This document shows, in pieces, positions 30,801-41,174 of a DNA stretch of 64,000 nt. The DNA comes from a virus. Lineage: Duplodnaviria; Caudoviricetes. The stretch is taken from positions 1,527 through 65,526 of the IMG/VR virus record IMGVR_UViG_2791355504_000004, one strand, 5' to 3'. A program made the translations under genes and the position numbers. The notes under the pieces were generated by a model that saw only the letters and a list, made by a program, of their open reading frames with translations, was not told the DNA's origin and ran no database searches. Numbering within the stretch: position 1 is the first letter of the stretch; the number at the start of each line of letters is the position of its first letter.

Positions 30801-31803
30801 TGGTTTTGTAGCGAGTAGTTATGGTAGCCATTACACACAATCTAATGGGATATTGGTACAACCTGGATTGCAAGAATTAACAATCGGTGATCATTTTATT
30901 GGTCTGAAAAATAGAACGATAACAGTACCTACGATTGGTGATTTGCTTCAAATCCAAAATGCGAAACCAAGAATATCCCCTTGGACTATATGGGCAACTG
31001 AAGATACCCCAAACCAAGCGAAACTTAATCATTCTGATTCGAAAGGTACTTTTCATCCGTTAAACAGTAATGGAGGAACACGACCAGCAGGTGAGATTTT
31101 TGGAAACTTAAATATATCTTTGCTACACCGCAAGTTTCCAATTGGTATGGGTAATCAAAGCAGTTTTGGTAATGGTCATAAAATTGATTTAAAACAACGT
31201 TACATCGTTCTGAAGGATTTTGGATTTAGAAGTCAGCGTATTGGGTTTCATGTTGTTGGCCCATTTGACCAAAATGTAATGCAATTCGATTCAAATGATA
31301 TGCAGGGTTTTGGATGGCCATCATTAAGTATTCCATATCGCGGTGCATTTTTCATTAAACCTAATGGTCTCAATTTTCCTACCTTTAACAGACCTACTGT
31401 AGATTTCTTTAATCGCACTATTAAGGCTCTTGGTAGTAACCATCTACAAATGGGGACTATTAAAAGTGGTGATAAACCTTATATGTGGCAAGGTTTGCGT
31501 GTTGGTGAGCTGATTAAGGGTAATTATGGTGGTTTTGAAAATGAAGTATTTGGAAATACCTTCATTTCATTAAAAGTCAGAAACCTTGAAGCACAAGGCT
31601 TTGAAAGTTTTGTGATGGAATATGACTATACACAGTTTGACAAACGTATGCGAGTTGTACGCCAAGAGTTACCTAAACCAAAACTGTTGATCAAGCCTGT
31701 AGGTGTTGATGCCTTATTCGTCACAGTGCCTAATATAAAGCCAGCAGTACATTACATTCGCCCAGATGGTAATGCTGATCAATTTAGAAAAGGAGCTTTT
31801 TAA
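27853..31803 (+). CDS. Large tail-associated protein with GxxxxxFG repeats
   Basis: 1316 aa with many degenerate G(F/I)xxxxFG repeats. Confidence 0.7.
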   Translation: MPFYAPPLYDNVNVRLEGGYIPPSAVGGEKTLSPIGRYDYKPSHYNNVNAYLTSGYILPNPVGQSKSLSRTEHSGALPQTISVIGTEHAEIGLNRVDLKISYVLPNGVEYTSIGNLHIRNAVEKIYVNHDYIPKADMQVNLSGNYQISTSAVLNRRGNYGFFGFSSINNVNKEVISVGIKQSEFGLSTVILAKRTISVSGFLTSLFGTPLVKDTSIHPFGINSLIFSNLIIYNLRQYVKNNSFNSTVFGSAYVQGGVKFVVPNGLFGTVWGANKVINTRATQYVVAEGISSFTVPNPIVSPRFIITSGIIGTIFGVPFVQRNPSPKGFINTKYGIAWISHSPRYIMAKAVESYISGYPKVFDPTQNIYVSGVNTIITGGVFGDIAIRNHRRVLKVSGFDSYQFGDWSVVESNLRNIHQKGVNAQIFGDNAIRNKTPSIIPIGISSFSGINSSIGYRIRNVKPSGLYQPKFGIPTFTKPPELKPISIYSSAFGTSWISHKNRIVSAGFGSESLIFGGINVWHYTRYLKLNGVIKDEYGIPRIEHGRRTLLVKGSLHSAYGNIVWLSYAVRSIVPPSIDYPKIPNHRVGGTQHVHLNGYVATLFGNRIIPDSHTIYMQGFSNVFGLADVNLWKKYIKPNGFLTIGQDAGHRFGTAKFWNLRQYIIQFYDGNSGLVPPLWTGWTNINNRNKSIGAIGGNFTRIAEPTIENKARPILPSGFDSSSIISKSMIADRVRNLKLQGIDTPYISSWSVIFNAAAVLASKGFNSQSFGIASIINTRRYFNRIGNFESLEVGKPMVADRIRTLKFEQRYTISPPYIPIHRIDLHTRYIDEVGRFDNHQAFGNPSLSIHWNMITPRWTLRDAYGTPVVKNITPELGTRGRNSEEFGQTNIRTQWRELLHLGSQTVAWGRTEIAFRDRQFSVSGFTQWAIPRHTVTKTGVPPYYPQYIWLDEVEIDGKQNNGHGIEIPERQVAFPSVKSNAIFPIGFVASSYGSHYTQSNGILVQPGLQELTIGDHFIGLKNRTITVPTIGDLLQIQNAKPRISPWTIWATEDTPNQAKLNHSDSKGTFHPLNSNGGTRPAGEIFGNLNISLLHRKFPIGMGNQSSFGNGHKIDLKQRYIVLKDFGFRSQRIGFHVVGPFDQNVMQFDSNDMQGFGWPSLSIPYRGAFFIKPNGLNFPTFNRPTVDFFNRTIKALGSNHLQMGTIKSGDKPYMWQGLRVGELIKGNYGGFENEVFGNTFISLKVRNLEAQGFESFVMEYDYTQFDKRMRVVRQELPKPKLLIKPVGVDALFVTVPNIKPAVHYIRPDGNADQFRKGAF

Positions 31804-31804
31804 A

Positions 31805-33028
31805 ATGGTAGCTTCGAAGTTATTTCCAATCGCTGGTATTAATAATGTTGACGCAGATGATGGGCTTCAGCAAGGTGGCGATTCACCTAGATTATATTTA
31901 CGTGATGCAGTTAATCTTGATATTACTGATACAGGTCGAGTGAAATTACGACAAGGTTCAGAAAAGGTCACCCCTTTAAAATATAAAAATGTCTGGCAAA
32001 GTCCATTACATAAAGATGTATTTGCAACTATAGAAGGTCAATTGGTCAAACTTAATCCTGAGACTTGGCAGCATGAAGTTTTGGCAAATATCGGACATGG
32101 ACAACTATGTTATGAAGTAATTAACAATCTTATTTATATCTCAAGTGAATTAGGTCTGTGGATATATAACGGAAAGAGTGTTCAGGCTTTAACGATTGAA
32201 ACACCAGCAATGCCAATCTTAACTCTGCTTGATAGTGGTGGATCATTAAAAAGTGGAACTTACAGTGTGGCGATTTCTTGGTTGCGCGAGCAACAAGAAT
32301 CAGCATTATCCCAAATAGCGTCAGATCAGATTGAACCTCTTGCAAATACCACTCTTGAAGATCAGGCTTTTGCCAGTATTCAGGTCAAATTACCTTTCTG
32401 TTTTGATCCCACGGTTACCCACGTCAGAATTTATGTTACAGAACGCAATGGAAGTGAATTAAAGTTTCATACAGATTATCCAATCAGTTTAAATTTGATC
32501 ACTATTTCTAGTTTGGATTTAGGGATGGCAGCACGGTTTAAGGGTTTATCACCTATGTCTACAGGTCGATATATGAAATATTGGCAAGGTCGTTTGCTTA
32601 CAGCCGATAAAAATATTTTACGGTTCTCAGAACCAATGGCCTACCATTTACATGATGAACGCTTTGGTTTTGTTGTCATGCCTCAACGCATTACCTTTAT
32701 CTTACCTGTTGATAGTGGAATCTGGGTTGGACAAGTTACGCATGTTGTTTTTCTGACTGGCACTAATCCAGCAGAAATGACATTTCAGTCGAAGACGTCT
32801 CTTGCGCCTGTACCAGATAGTGCAATTGAAATTGATACTAATGATATTGGTTCTGATATATCGCAAGGTGGGAATACGACTGCATTATGGCTCGCAGAGA
32901 ATGGTTATATTCTAGGGACTTCAAGTGGTCAGATTATTGAGTTGCAAGCTGGCATATTAAAAGGGATCACCGCAAAGTCTGGTAGGTCTGTAAGGCTAGG
33001 GAGAAGGGTTACAACGATTGTAACCTGA
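31805..33028 (+). CDS. Tail structural protein (nozzle-like)
   Basis: AGINN...LRDAVNLDI...G N-terminus; beta-rich. Confidence 0.65.
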   Translation: MVASKLFPIAGINNVDADDGLQQGGDSPRLYLRDAVNLDITDTGRVKLRQGSEKVTPLKYKNVWQSPLHKDVFATIEGQLVKLNPETWQHEVLANIGHGQLCYEVINNLIYISSELGLWIYNGKSVQALTIETPAMPILTLLDSGGSLKSGTYSVAISWLREQQESALSQIASDQIEPLANTTLEDQAFASIQVKLPFCFDPTVTHVRIYVTERNGSELKFHTDYPISLNLITISSLDLGMAARFKGLSPMSTGRYMKYWQGRLLTADKNILRFSEPMAYHLHDERFGFVVMPQRITFILPVDSGIWVGQVTHVVFLTGTNPAEMTFQSKTSLAPVPDSAIEIDTNDIGSDISQGGNTTALWLAENGYILGTSSGQIIELQAGILKGITAKSGRSVRLGRRVTTIVT

Positions 33029-33057
33029 TGTCATTGTTTACTTATAGGTATCAAACG

Positions 33058-33633
33058 ATGAACACCCAAGAATTAAAGAATGATTTACAAGCAGAAAATT
33101 ACCAGATGACTGAGCAAGGTATTTATTTTCCCAAGCAGGGCATTCTGGCTCAAGGTGAATATTTTGATCGTGTCAATGGTGGTGAATGGCAATCAACTCA
33201 TAACCTTGTGGTAAATGAAGGTCTTGCACATTTACTTAATGTTGCAATGGGCTCAAAAGCTAAATCTGCTGGATATTATCTTGCTTTATTTAGCGGTGCT
33301 ACTGCTCCAGCAGCAAACTGGACTGCTGCAAATTTTGCATCGGTTGCAGCTGAGATTGTGAGTTTGACAGAAGGGTATACCTCTGCAACACGACCACAAT
33401 GGACGCCAGCAGATACTTCAATAAATTCAATTGATAACTTCGCTTCTGTGGCTAAAGTGACTATTGCTACATCATCACAGCTTACGGTTACAGGCGCTGC
33501 TATGCTGACAAGTAGTACAAAAGGTGGAACAACAGGCACATTAATTTCAGCATCAAAGTATGCAGCAGCACGTGTATTCCAAGATGGTGATGAATATGAA
33601 ATCGGTTATCGCCTGAGCTTCACTGCGGCATAA
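33058..33633 (+). CDS. Tail structural protein
   Basis: NLVVNEG..HLL, EGY...R motifs. Confidence 0.65.
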   Translation: MNTQELKNDLQAENYQMTEQGIYFPKQGILAQGEYFDRVNGGEWQSTHNLVVNEGLAHLLNVAMGSKAKSAGYYLALFSGATAPAANWTAANFASVAAEIVSLTEGYTSATRPQWTPADTSINSIDNFASVAKVTIATSSQLTVTGAAMLTSSTKGGTTGTLISASKYAAARVFQDGDEYEIGYRLSFTAA

Positions 33634-33636
33634 CAG

Positions 33637-36228
33637 ATGCACAGTCCACGTCCTTATGGGCTTTTGGTGATTAATAGTGAACTAACGGAAAAAGATAGTT
33701 TATTTATTGATCATCAGCTAAAAAAGTTAAGTAATCAGAAAGCCCTATCAAATTTAGAAAGCATCAGGCAAGTCAAGGATTTGCCTGATGGTGGTTATGT
33801 CATATTGCAAGATATGGGCGGTATTTTAAAAGCAATCGCTTATAAAGATGCAATTGAAGATATTCAGTACGATGGAACTGCAAAACCTTATATCCCTATG
33901 CTTTTTAGTGGTGTAATTTTAAAAGCAAGAGTAAATCGAGATGAAGGGGTTGCTCTAAAAATCACAGAACAATGCCGTAGAAGACTAATTCAATATTCAG
34001 ATCAAAAAAAAATACCAGCAAAAGAATTAAGGTTACAGCGATTTGTCATTGAGCCGAATTTAAATTTAGTACCAGAATTTGTGCCTAATAATAGTAATAG
34101 CGAACTAATTACAACACAGTATGTACAACAACGACCTACGTGGTATAGCGGTGCAATGGCAGAGGTGATGCAGATTGTTGGTGGATTTGGAAAGCTAGAA
34201 TTAAAGAAATTACCTCAAAATGATTTAGAGCGCGCACAGTTTTCTATACCAGATCAATATATTGAGTCTATTTCTGAAGAAATCTACGGAATCCGATTAC
34301 CTGGATACAACGGTATTCCATCACTTGGCGGTCAATTTCAATATGACTATAAGTTTACCCGAAGCCATGGGATTACATTTGATCGTAAAAATAAGCCATG
34401 GTTGATACGAATTGGACCATCTGGCATATACGCCATGCCGTTACCTGTAATCCCAGCTACAACTACAGATTCATTTCGAGAATACATGGATGATGTAAGT
34501 GACCTTGAAATTCTTTCGATTCTAGATAGATTTAGAGGAATACCAAGTGGTGAAGGGTTTCCTCAAGGTGACGGATTTGAAGCATGGCGTAGAGCTGGGG
34601 TAGTTATTAAGGTCACTGATACCTCAGATTTTTATTCTCATAGCCCATATTTTCCAGCTTGTGGTTGGAGTTTTAATTTTAATGGTACCGAAGGATTCAA
34701 TACTTGCTATAGCTATGACAACGATGGGGTAATTATAGGTAAGTCATATCAGGTGAGCTTAGATTTTAATCCCGCTGAAAATCATGGATGGATTAAACGT
34801 AAGGAAGTAAAAGAAGAATATCGAGATGTAATTTCAACATACTTAAAACAACTCTTCGAATTGCTAGAAAACGGGACAGATAAATCCAAAGCCATCATGT
34901 ACAAGTTGCGTCGTGTTCCTCAAGAAGATTTATATCAATATGCTTTGGCTAGTTTAAGAAGTCCAGAAGGAGTTACTTCTAAAGATATAGATTATTGGGA
35001 CAATTTAGAAATTAAACCAATTGCTGAATTGATCGGGAAAGTTTCAAAAGTGAGTGAGGGCGCCCTGTACCATACAGCGAAGCCAAAGTTTCAACCCCAA
35101 ATTAAGTTTCCAAGTGTTGAACTTCACGGCTGTATTTCTTTTGATTTTAGACCCTTAACAGAAAATAGTGTACCTGCTGGATACATCGCTAAATGTGACA
35201 CCATTATGTTTGGGTACTATATTGGGAATAACTTAAAAGTCGTCAAATATTTCTATGATACTCGCGGCTATGTTCAAGATGAGATATCAAATTTTGAACC
35301 AGTTATGACTGTAGGTAACTGGGAGAAAACAGAAACTGAAGGTACTACTACAATACAAGGTCACTTCTACACAACGGATTTAGATTTAAGACAAGCATTA
35401 TCACCAACAACCACACATACCAAGATTAAAGGTGAAGATAAAGGATTTGATAGCCAACCATTTTTCAGTTTTGATGATTACTTTTGGCGACCAGGTACAA
35501 TTTGGCGTAATCGTTATTATACCCACCTTACTCAAGTGACTAAGACTGAATATGAGTCTTTAGATGTTGCGATATGCATTCCATATTTTAATCGCTGCGC
35601 TGATATTACTGCTTATCAACTCAATATCTTGAGTAATAATCAAACTGAGTCTTTAAGTCTAAAATCCATGCGTGACCCGACCAGTTATCGTTACTGGACT
35701 CATGACAATATTCTAGCTTGGGCAGGTGGATTAGAAGTCATGAAAGGGAAGCCAACACCAGTAGATGGTAATCCTGTATGGGTAGAAATTGAAAACTACA
35801 ATCCTACAGTATATTCAGATTTTGCTGATCAAGGCAGTTGGTTACCAGGATTGCCTTATGACATAACTTGGTTAGTACACCCAAATAAGAATCAGTGGAA
35901 TCATTCAGGTGGTGGTGGCGCACCAAAAATTAAAGAATATTTAAAGACAATAACTTTACCCAATAATTCTAATGGATCGGTGTATTGCTCACTGATAGAA
36001 ACTTTTAAACAAGTACATACACGTGTTCCGAATTATTTCTATTTTACTGGTTCTCCTGATGAATTTGGAGAAGTCTTTTATAGAGACGCCTGTAAGGTTG
36101 TATTTGGAGATAGTGAATATGCCAACATATCTGAATTCGATCAGAATAATCGTCGCTATAAGTGGGGGTATTCTAGTTTAGTTGAAGATAAGTCCGCATA
36201 TCATTTTATTGGAGTAATTAATGAATGA
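33637..36228 (+). CDS. Large virion structural protein
   Basis: 863 aa ORF in the tail operon. Confidence 0.65.
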   Translation: MHSPRPYGLLVINSELTEKDSLFIDHQLKKLSNQKALSNLESIRQVKDLPDGGYVILQDMGGILKAIAYKDAIEDIQYDGTAKPYIPMLFSGVILKARVNRDEGVALKITEQCRRRLIQYSDQKKIPAKELRLQRFVIEPNLNLVPEFVPNNSNSELITTQYVQQRPTWYSGAMAEVMQIVGGFGKLELKKLPQNDLERAQFSIPDQYIESISEEIYGIRLPGYNGIPSLGGQFQYDYKFTRSHGITFDRKNKPWLIRIGPSGIYAMPLPVIPATTTDSFREYMDDVSDLEILSILDRFRGIPSGEGFPQGDGFEAWRRAGVVIKVTDTSDFYSHSPYFPACGWSFNFNGTEGFNTCYSYDNDGVIIGKSYQVSLDFNPAENHGWIKRKEVKEEYRDVISTYLKQLFELLENGTDKSKAIMYKLRRVPQEDLYQYALASLRSPEGVTSKDIDYWDNLEIKPIAELIGKVSKVSEGALYHTAKPKFQPQIKFPSVELHGCISFDFRPLTENSVPAGYIAKCDTIMFGYYIGNNLKVVKYFYDTRGYVQDEISNFEPVMTVGNWEKTETEGTTTIQGHFYTTDLDLRQALSPTTTHTKIKGEDKGFDSQPFFSFDDYFWRPGTIWRNRYYTHLTQVTKTEYESLDVAICIPYFNRCADITAYQLNILSNNQTESLSLKSMRDPTSYRYWTHDNILAWAGGLEVMKGKPTPVDGNPVWVEIENYNPTVYSDFADQGSWLPGLPYDITWLVHPNKNQWNHSGGGGAPKIKEYLKTITLPNNSNGSVYCSLIETFKQVHTRVPNYFYFTGSPDEFGEVFYRDACKVVFGDSEYANISEFDQNNRRYKWGYSSLVEDKSAYHFIGVINE

Positions 36229-37565
36229 CTTTATATCGTGATGATATTCAGGAAACGATTGCGTATTCCAATAATACAATTGGTAAGTCGAAGGCTATAA
36301 CCGAAGAATTGATAAGAATTCGAGAAGATTCACTACACCGACTTACCGTGTTTTCTGGGAACATTGTTATTGTTAGTGATGAGTTAATTGATTCAGCTAT
36401 TTTTCCTGTCAAAGATACAGTCAATGTGATAGATCAGTTTACTGGCCGTAAACGACACGTAGATTTTATTTATGATGAAATTATTGTTTCAGATAATTTT
36501 AAGAATCGTCTCCGTGCAAGATCATTGATTCAGGACAACATTAGCTCTACATCAACACAAAAAGATAAGCTTCGCAATTTGAATATTGAAAGATTGCTTA
36601 TTGTTGAGAATATAAATACTAAAAAATATAGCTTGTCTCAATTAAATGAATTTTTAAAAGTCAAAGATGCTTTTAGAGCAACCGCGCATTTAAAAGATTT
36701 AATTTCTGACGGCATTGATATTTATGATGCTTCTTTAAAATTTAAATTACGAGCATTTACTAACGAGCATATTGTTTATCAAGATGATTACAGACTAAGA
36801 AAAATAGCACGATCAACAATCACAGAAACATTAAAGGCACAGGGTAGCTGTGTCGCTCGATATTCTGACTATATTGTTGATCAGATACACTGTTCAGAAC
36901 AATTCACTCAGCGCAAGATAGTTAAACAGCGCGTAATTGATACGATTTATGTCGCGGAAGTTTTAAAGCTTCAGCGAAAATCTAAAGACAGTATTTATGA
37001 AGTTTTGAATCCATCTGATTTTAGTCTAGGTAAAAACTTTGCCAAGCAACTCATTAATGATCTTATCTTTATTGAAGAAGATTCTTCAAAAGAAAAACAA
37101 TATGGGAATGCATGGACAGCAAATGTTGATACTTGGGCAATGAGTCGTTATCAAGACTATGGTTTTAGTGAACTGTCTGTAATTGATGGTGTTCTCTATG
37201 GTGTTACTGATGATGGCTTATATAAATTGGATGCCAAAGAATCAATAGATGCCAAATTAGTAACAGGTCAATTGGATTTGGGGCAAGGAAGCCTAATTCA
37301 TCCTTTAGGTGCATATCTCGAATATGAGCTATCAGGAAATTCAAAAAAGTTAGAAATAGGTGTGGGCACTACCCAAAGTGGAAATAAGCAAACTTATTAC
37401 TATTTATTACCCATAGAAAAAGCAGATTACATGACGAATGGCCGTATTTTATTTGGACGCGGTTTACGAGGTCGTCACTTTGCATTTGAAGTCAAAATAT
37501 CAGGTGAGCACTGTTACATCAATGACCTAAGTATTGATTTCGCTGCGACTAAACGGAGAGTTTAA
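36225..37565 (+). CDS. Virion structural protein
   Basis: 446 aa, ATGA-coupled; C-terminal GRGLRGRHF motif. Confidence 0.65.
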   Translation: MTLYRDDIQETIAYSNNTIGKSKAITEELIRIREDSLHRLTVFSGNIVIVSDELIDSAIFPVKDTVNVIDQFTGRKRHVDFIYDEIIVSDNFKNRLRARSLIQDNISSTSTQKDKLRNLNIERLLIVENINTKKYSLSQLNEFLKVKDAFRATAHLKDLISDGIDIYDASLKFKLRAFTNEHIVYQDDYRLRKIARSTITETLKAQGSCVARYSDYIVDQIHCSEQFTQRKIVKQRVIDTIYVAEVLKLQRKSKDSIYEVLNPSDFSLGKNFAKQLINDLIFIEEDSSKEKQYGNAWTANVDTWAMSRYQDYGFSELSVIDGVLYGVTDDGLYKLDAKESIDAKLVTGQLDLGQGSLIHPLGAYLEYELSGNSKKLEIGVGTTQSGNKQTYYYLLPIEKADYMTNGRILFGRGLRGRHFAFEVKISGEHCYINDLSIDFAATKRRV

Positions 37566-37566
37566 A

Positions 37567-40077
37567 ATGACAATTACTGTTCCTCAAATTGATGTTGTCA
37601 CAAAAGAAGTCACAGAGAAACTCGATTACTTTGAAAATAAAGTAAATGGTTACGCAAATGATGTATCCGATGCGCTCAGAGATCTAACTAATATTTCGGT
37701 AACTGAGATTTTGCCACCTTCAAATTTAGCTAAACCTGATGAGAGTGGATTTGAACCATTAAATGGGCTTTCTGTACCTGAATTAATCATTGATCGACCA
37801 TCACCACCAGTCATCAATTTAGATATTCAACCACCAAAAGAGATGATTGCCCCTGAATTTTTGGGACTAGAGATTGCTATTCCAGATGCACCTATCTTTA
37901 GTGAAGACTTATCTACGCCGAGTTTTATTGATGCTTCCACATTGCCCGATGTAGACACTACAATTAATCTGCCAACTGCACCTACTTTCAATGTCCTAAA
38001 CTTTGATGCAGGTTTAATGCCTGAGAAAGTTAATTTAAGTGACCTCATAAGAGACTTGGATTTAAGCGATTTGGAATTGCCAGCAACACCTGAAGCACCA
38101 ATTTTGAATCTGCCTACAGCACCAAGCATGGGTATCATTTCGGTTCCATTAAGACCTGAAATTAATGATGATGTTGAAATGCCTAGTGCACCAACCATTG
38201 TTATCCCAGAAATGGATGTAATGGAGAAAATTCAATTGCCTGATTTCAAATATGAAGAAGTTCCTGTCTTTGAAGGTCGGCCTCCTGAGTTTAATATTAC
38301 GATCCCAGATAACATTGATGCTTTGATCTCAGATGCAAGTAAGGTGGCAAAGCAAGACTATTATGCATTTAATACTGAAAGTGCAATTAAACCATTAGTT
38401 TTGGAAATACGCTCATGGCTCGATGGAAGTCATACAGGGCTTGGATTACCCGAAGCGGTTGAACAATCACTATTTAATCGTGCGAGAGAACGGACAAGTC
38501 GAGAGACTGAACGCGCAGTGCAAGAAGCTGTCACAGAGTGGGCAAGTCGTGGTTTCTCAATGCCACAAGGTATGCTAGCAAAGCAGGTCAGTGATATTCG
38601 TGATCAGGGAAAACTTGTTATAGCGGATTTAAACCGTGACATTTTAATTCAGTCATTTGATAAGCAATTAGAGCATATCCGTTTCCTTACTGAGCAAGGT
38701 ATGGCATTGGAAAAAATGAAGCAAGATATGTGGCTTGCTTATGTTTCTAATACGATGGAGTTAGCTAAGTTTCAAATCGATAGTAAAATCAATGTTTTGA
38801 ATGCTCAGATTAGTATATTTAATGCTCAAAATACTGCGTTTGAAAGTTTAATTACAGTTTATAAAACCAAAGTTGAAACTGCACTTTCTCGTATTACAGC
38901 TTACAAGACATTGCTTGATGCTCAGGCGGTTATTGGACAAATTAACCAACAGAAAGTTGATGTTTTTAAAGCCAAAATTGAAGCAGTTATGACCAATGTT
39001 GAGGTATATAAAGCATTGGTGCAAGGTGCGACTGCACGAGCTGGATTGATTGCGACTAAATTTGATGCGTATAAATCTGAGGTTCAAGCTTACTCAGAGC
39101 AGATAGGAGCTGAAAAGCTTAAAGTTGAAGCTTATGATTCACAAATCAAAGCTGAAACCTCAAAAGCATCAATGTATGAATCTCTCGCTCGTATGTATGC
39201 AGCAACGGTAGATGGTGTAACTGCTAAAGCGAATGTGAAATCTAAGCAAATAGAGCTAAACCTTGAAGCTGCACGTGTAAAAATATCTGAATATCAAGCA
39301 AATATTGAAGCATATAAAGCAGAAATTGATGCAAAAATGGGGGTTATTCAAAGCAATACATCAGCATTCAATTCACAAGTAGAGTTGTTTAAAGCACAAG
39401 CAGACGTTGAAACATCCAGAGTGAATACACAAGCAAGTGTAATAGACTCAATTTCACGTACTAAAATTTCTTTTGCTGATGCGCAAGCCAAGTTCGCTGA
39501 AATGAGAATGCGTGTTGGCATTGCAAATAGTGAATCATTGGCTAGATTTGCTGATATGAAATCACGTACAGCTATTGCAGTATCAGAAGCGCATTCACGA
39601 TATGCCGACCTAAGTTTAAGAACGACTATTGCGAATGCGGATGTTTATAACCGTTATATTGAATCACAATCTCGCGTTTCTATTTCAAATGCTGAGATGC
39701 AAGCCCGTTATGCGGACATGAACAGCAGAACCAATATTGCTTTTGCAGAGACTCAATCACGTTACAACGATATGATTCTTCGTACGCAAATTGCCAATGC
39801 TGAAACCAAAGCGCGTTATGCAGATATGAATGTCCGTACCAATATTGCATTTTCTGAAATGCAGTTAAAAGAGTACGAGGCCAAGATGCAGAATGCGATT
39901 CAAAAAGCGCAACTTGCTTTAGAAGCAGCTAAAGCAGTGGGGCAGTTCTCGTCTCAATTGGCTGCTGGTGCAATGTCGGCAATGCATGTATCAGCGAGTA
40001 TTGGAGCTAATGCTTCTATTGGTGGTAGTGTTTCTGAAGGAACTAGTACAACTACGAGTCATAATTATAGTTATTAA
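37567..40077 (+). CDS. Long helical virion/ejection protein with Pro-rich N-terminus and 18-aa repeats
   Basis: ASRGFSMPQG motif, long coiled coil, tandem ARYADM..RT.IA repeats. Confidence 0.7.
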   Translation: MTITVPQIDVVTKEVTEKLDYFENKVNGYANDVSDALRDLTNISVTEILPPSNLAKPDESGFEPLNGLSVPELIIDRPSPPVINLDIQPPKEMIAPEFLGLEIAIPDAPIFSEDLSTPSFIDASTLPDVDTTINLPTAPTFNVLNFDAGLMPEKVNLSDLIRDLDLSDLELPATPEAPILNLPTAPSMGIISVPLRPEINDDVEMPSAPTIVIPEMDVMEKIQLPDFKYEEVPVFEGRPPEFNITIPDNIDALISDASKVAKQDYYAFNTESAIKPLVLEIRSWLDGSHTGLGLPEAVEQSLFNRARERTSRETERAVQEAVTEWASRGFSMPQGMLAKQVSDIRDQGKLVIADLNRDILIQSFDKQLEHIRFLTEQGMALEKMKQDMWLAYVSNTMELAKFQIDSKINVLNAQISIFNAQNTAFESLITVYKTKVETALSRITAYKTLLDAQAVIGQINQQKVDVFKAKIEAVMTNVEVYKALVQGATARAGLIATKFDAYKSEVQAYSEQIGAEKLKVEAYDSQIKAETSKASMYESLARMYAATVDGVTAKANVKSKQIELNLEAARVKISEYQANIEAYKAEIDAKMGVIQSNTSAFNSQVELFKAQADVETSRVNTQASVIDSISRTKISFADAQAKFAEMRMRVGIANSESLARFADMKSRTAIAVSEAHSRYADLSLRTTIANADVYNRYIESQSRVSISNAEMQARYADMNSRTNIAFAETQSRYNDMILRTQIANAETKARYADMNVRTNIAFSEMQLKEYEAKMQNAIQKAQLALEAAKAVGQFSSQLAAGAMSAMHVSASIGANASIGGSVSEGTSTTTSHNYSY

Positions 40078-40124
40078 TCTTCAAAATTTTTGGTATGTAT
40101 TATTCAATGTATTACATACTTAAA

Positions 40125-40391
40125 TTACTTAAAATTTAACATGCAAAATTGTAAAAGCTCCTTTTCAATATCTTGAAAAGGAACTGATTCTAAATAGATA
40201 AATTCTACCCATTCATTTGCAACTTGTCTTTGCTGACATATTATATTTTCTAAATTTAATTCAGCTTCTTCTATATTTCTGATTGTGCTTTGAAGCCTTG
40301 AGATATATGTGTTGAAAATGACCACGTTTTTATCGTTAAGGGATTGAGCAATATCAATTATATGATCTTCAATGTGGTGTATTTTAAACAT
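40125..40391 (-). CDS. AT-rich moron, hypothetical protein
   Basis: 88 aa; GGTAGAGAG upstream of start; opposite strand to late genes. Confidence 0.55.
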   Translation of the reverse strand: MFKIHHIEDHIIDIAQSLNDKNVVIFNTYISRLQSTIRNIEEAELNLENIICQQRQVANEWVEFIYLESVPFQDIEKELLQFCMLNFK

Positions 40392-40508
40392 GATTTTTGC
40401 TTGTCTCTCTACCTAATTTCTGATTATTTGTAATTTATAGTTACCCAAATTTACATGAAGTTCCATCATAAGTATATTGATTGTTAATTTTAAAGCGATT
40501 TATGCATT

Positions 40509-41105
40509 ATGTTAGATAAAATTAAATCATTGTTTTCTAAAAAAAGCGTGAGTATATACCAAACCGAATTTAATTCAGCGGTTAAGCTGACGAATAAGTT
40601 ATGTTTAGGTAATTACAAATACTTTAAAAATAGTAACTTCAGCTATTTTGATGATCAAGAAAATGTTTTAAATTTAATCAGATTTCTCAAAAGTGAAGGA
40701 TGGGATATTAGGAATTTAAAATTAGATCGAGAATGTTTAACTATTCACTACAATATAAAACAATACATTGACGAATTTTATAAAATTGATAGCATACTTA
40801 CGATTGGTTATATAGAAAGTTCTCACGATAAACAATTTTATGAATCAATTGAGCAAAGGCTTTCAAATTTGGAAAACCCAATAAACTCAGCTGAAAATCA
40901 TCTAATCCATGCTTGGCTAACTTTGCCAAATTTAGAAATATTAGATTTTACTTATTTTACAACTGAGGCTGTAAAAACTAATAACCCTGAGAGATATGGT
41001 CATGTTTTTGCGAAACACGGTGATGATGATTTATTACACAGATATAAACCACAGTTAGTTGGTGTTGAATATCTAATAAAAGCAGGATATGTAAAGAACC
41101 AATAA
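40509..41105 (+). CDS. AT-rich moron, hypothetical protein
   Basis: 198 aa with C..HY and HAW...ILDFT motifs. Confidence 0.7.
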   Translation: MLDKIKSLFSKKSVSIYQTEFNSAVKLTNKLCLGNYKYFKNSNFSYFDDQENVLNLIRFLKSEGWDIRNLKLDRECLTIHYNIKQYIDEFYKIDSILTIGYIESSHDKQFYESIEQRLSNLENPINSAENHLIHAWLTLPNLEILDFTYFTTEAVKTNNPERYGHVFAKHGDDDLLHRYKPQLVGVEYLIKAGYVKNQ

Positions 41106-41119
41106 CCCTGTAAGGCTAA
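41106..41119 (+). promoter_or_regulatory. Late-promoter motif copy 4
   Basis: CCCTGTAAGGCTAA upstream of the ejection protein gene. Confidence 0.75.
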
Positions 41120-41174
41120 CTAATAAAACAAATACTGAATAACCATACATGATATTTATAGTTGAGTAAGTGTC

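Noticed and set aside
26455-40077. Diversity-generating retroelement or invertible tail cassette
   Set aside because: No reverse transcriptase, invertase or template/variable repeat pair seen
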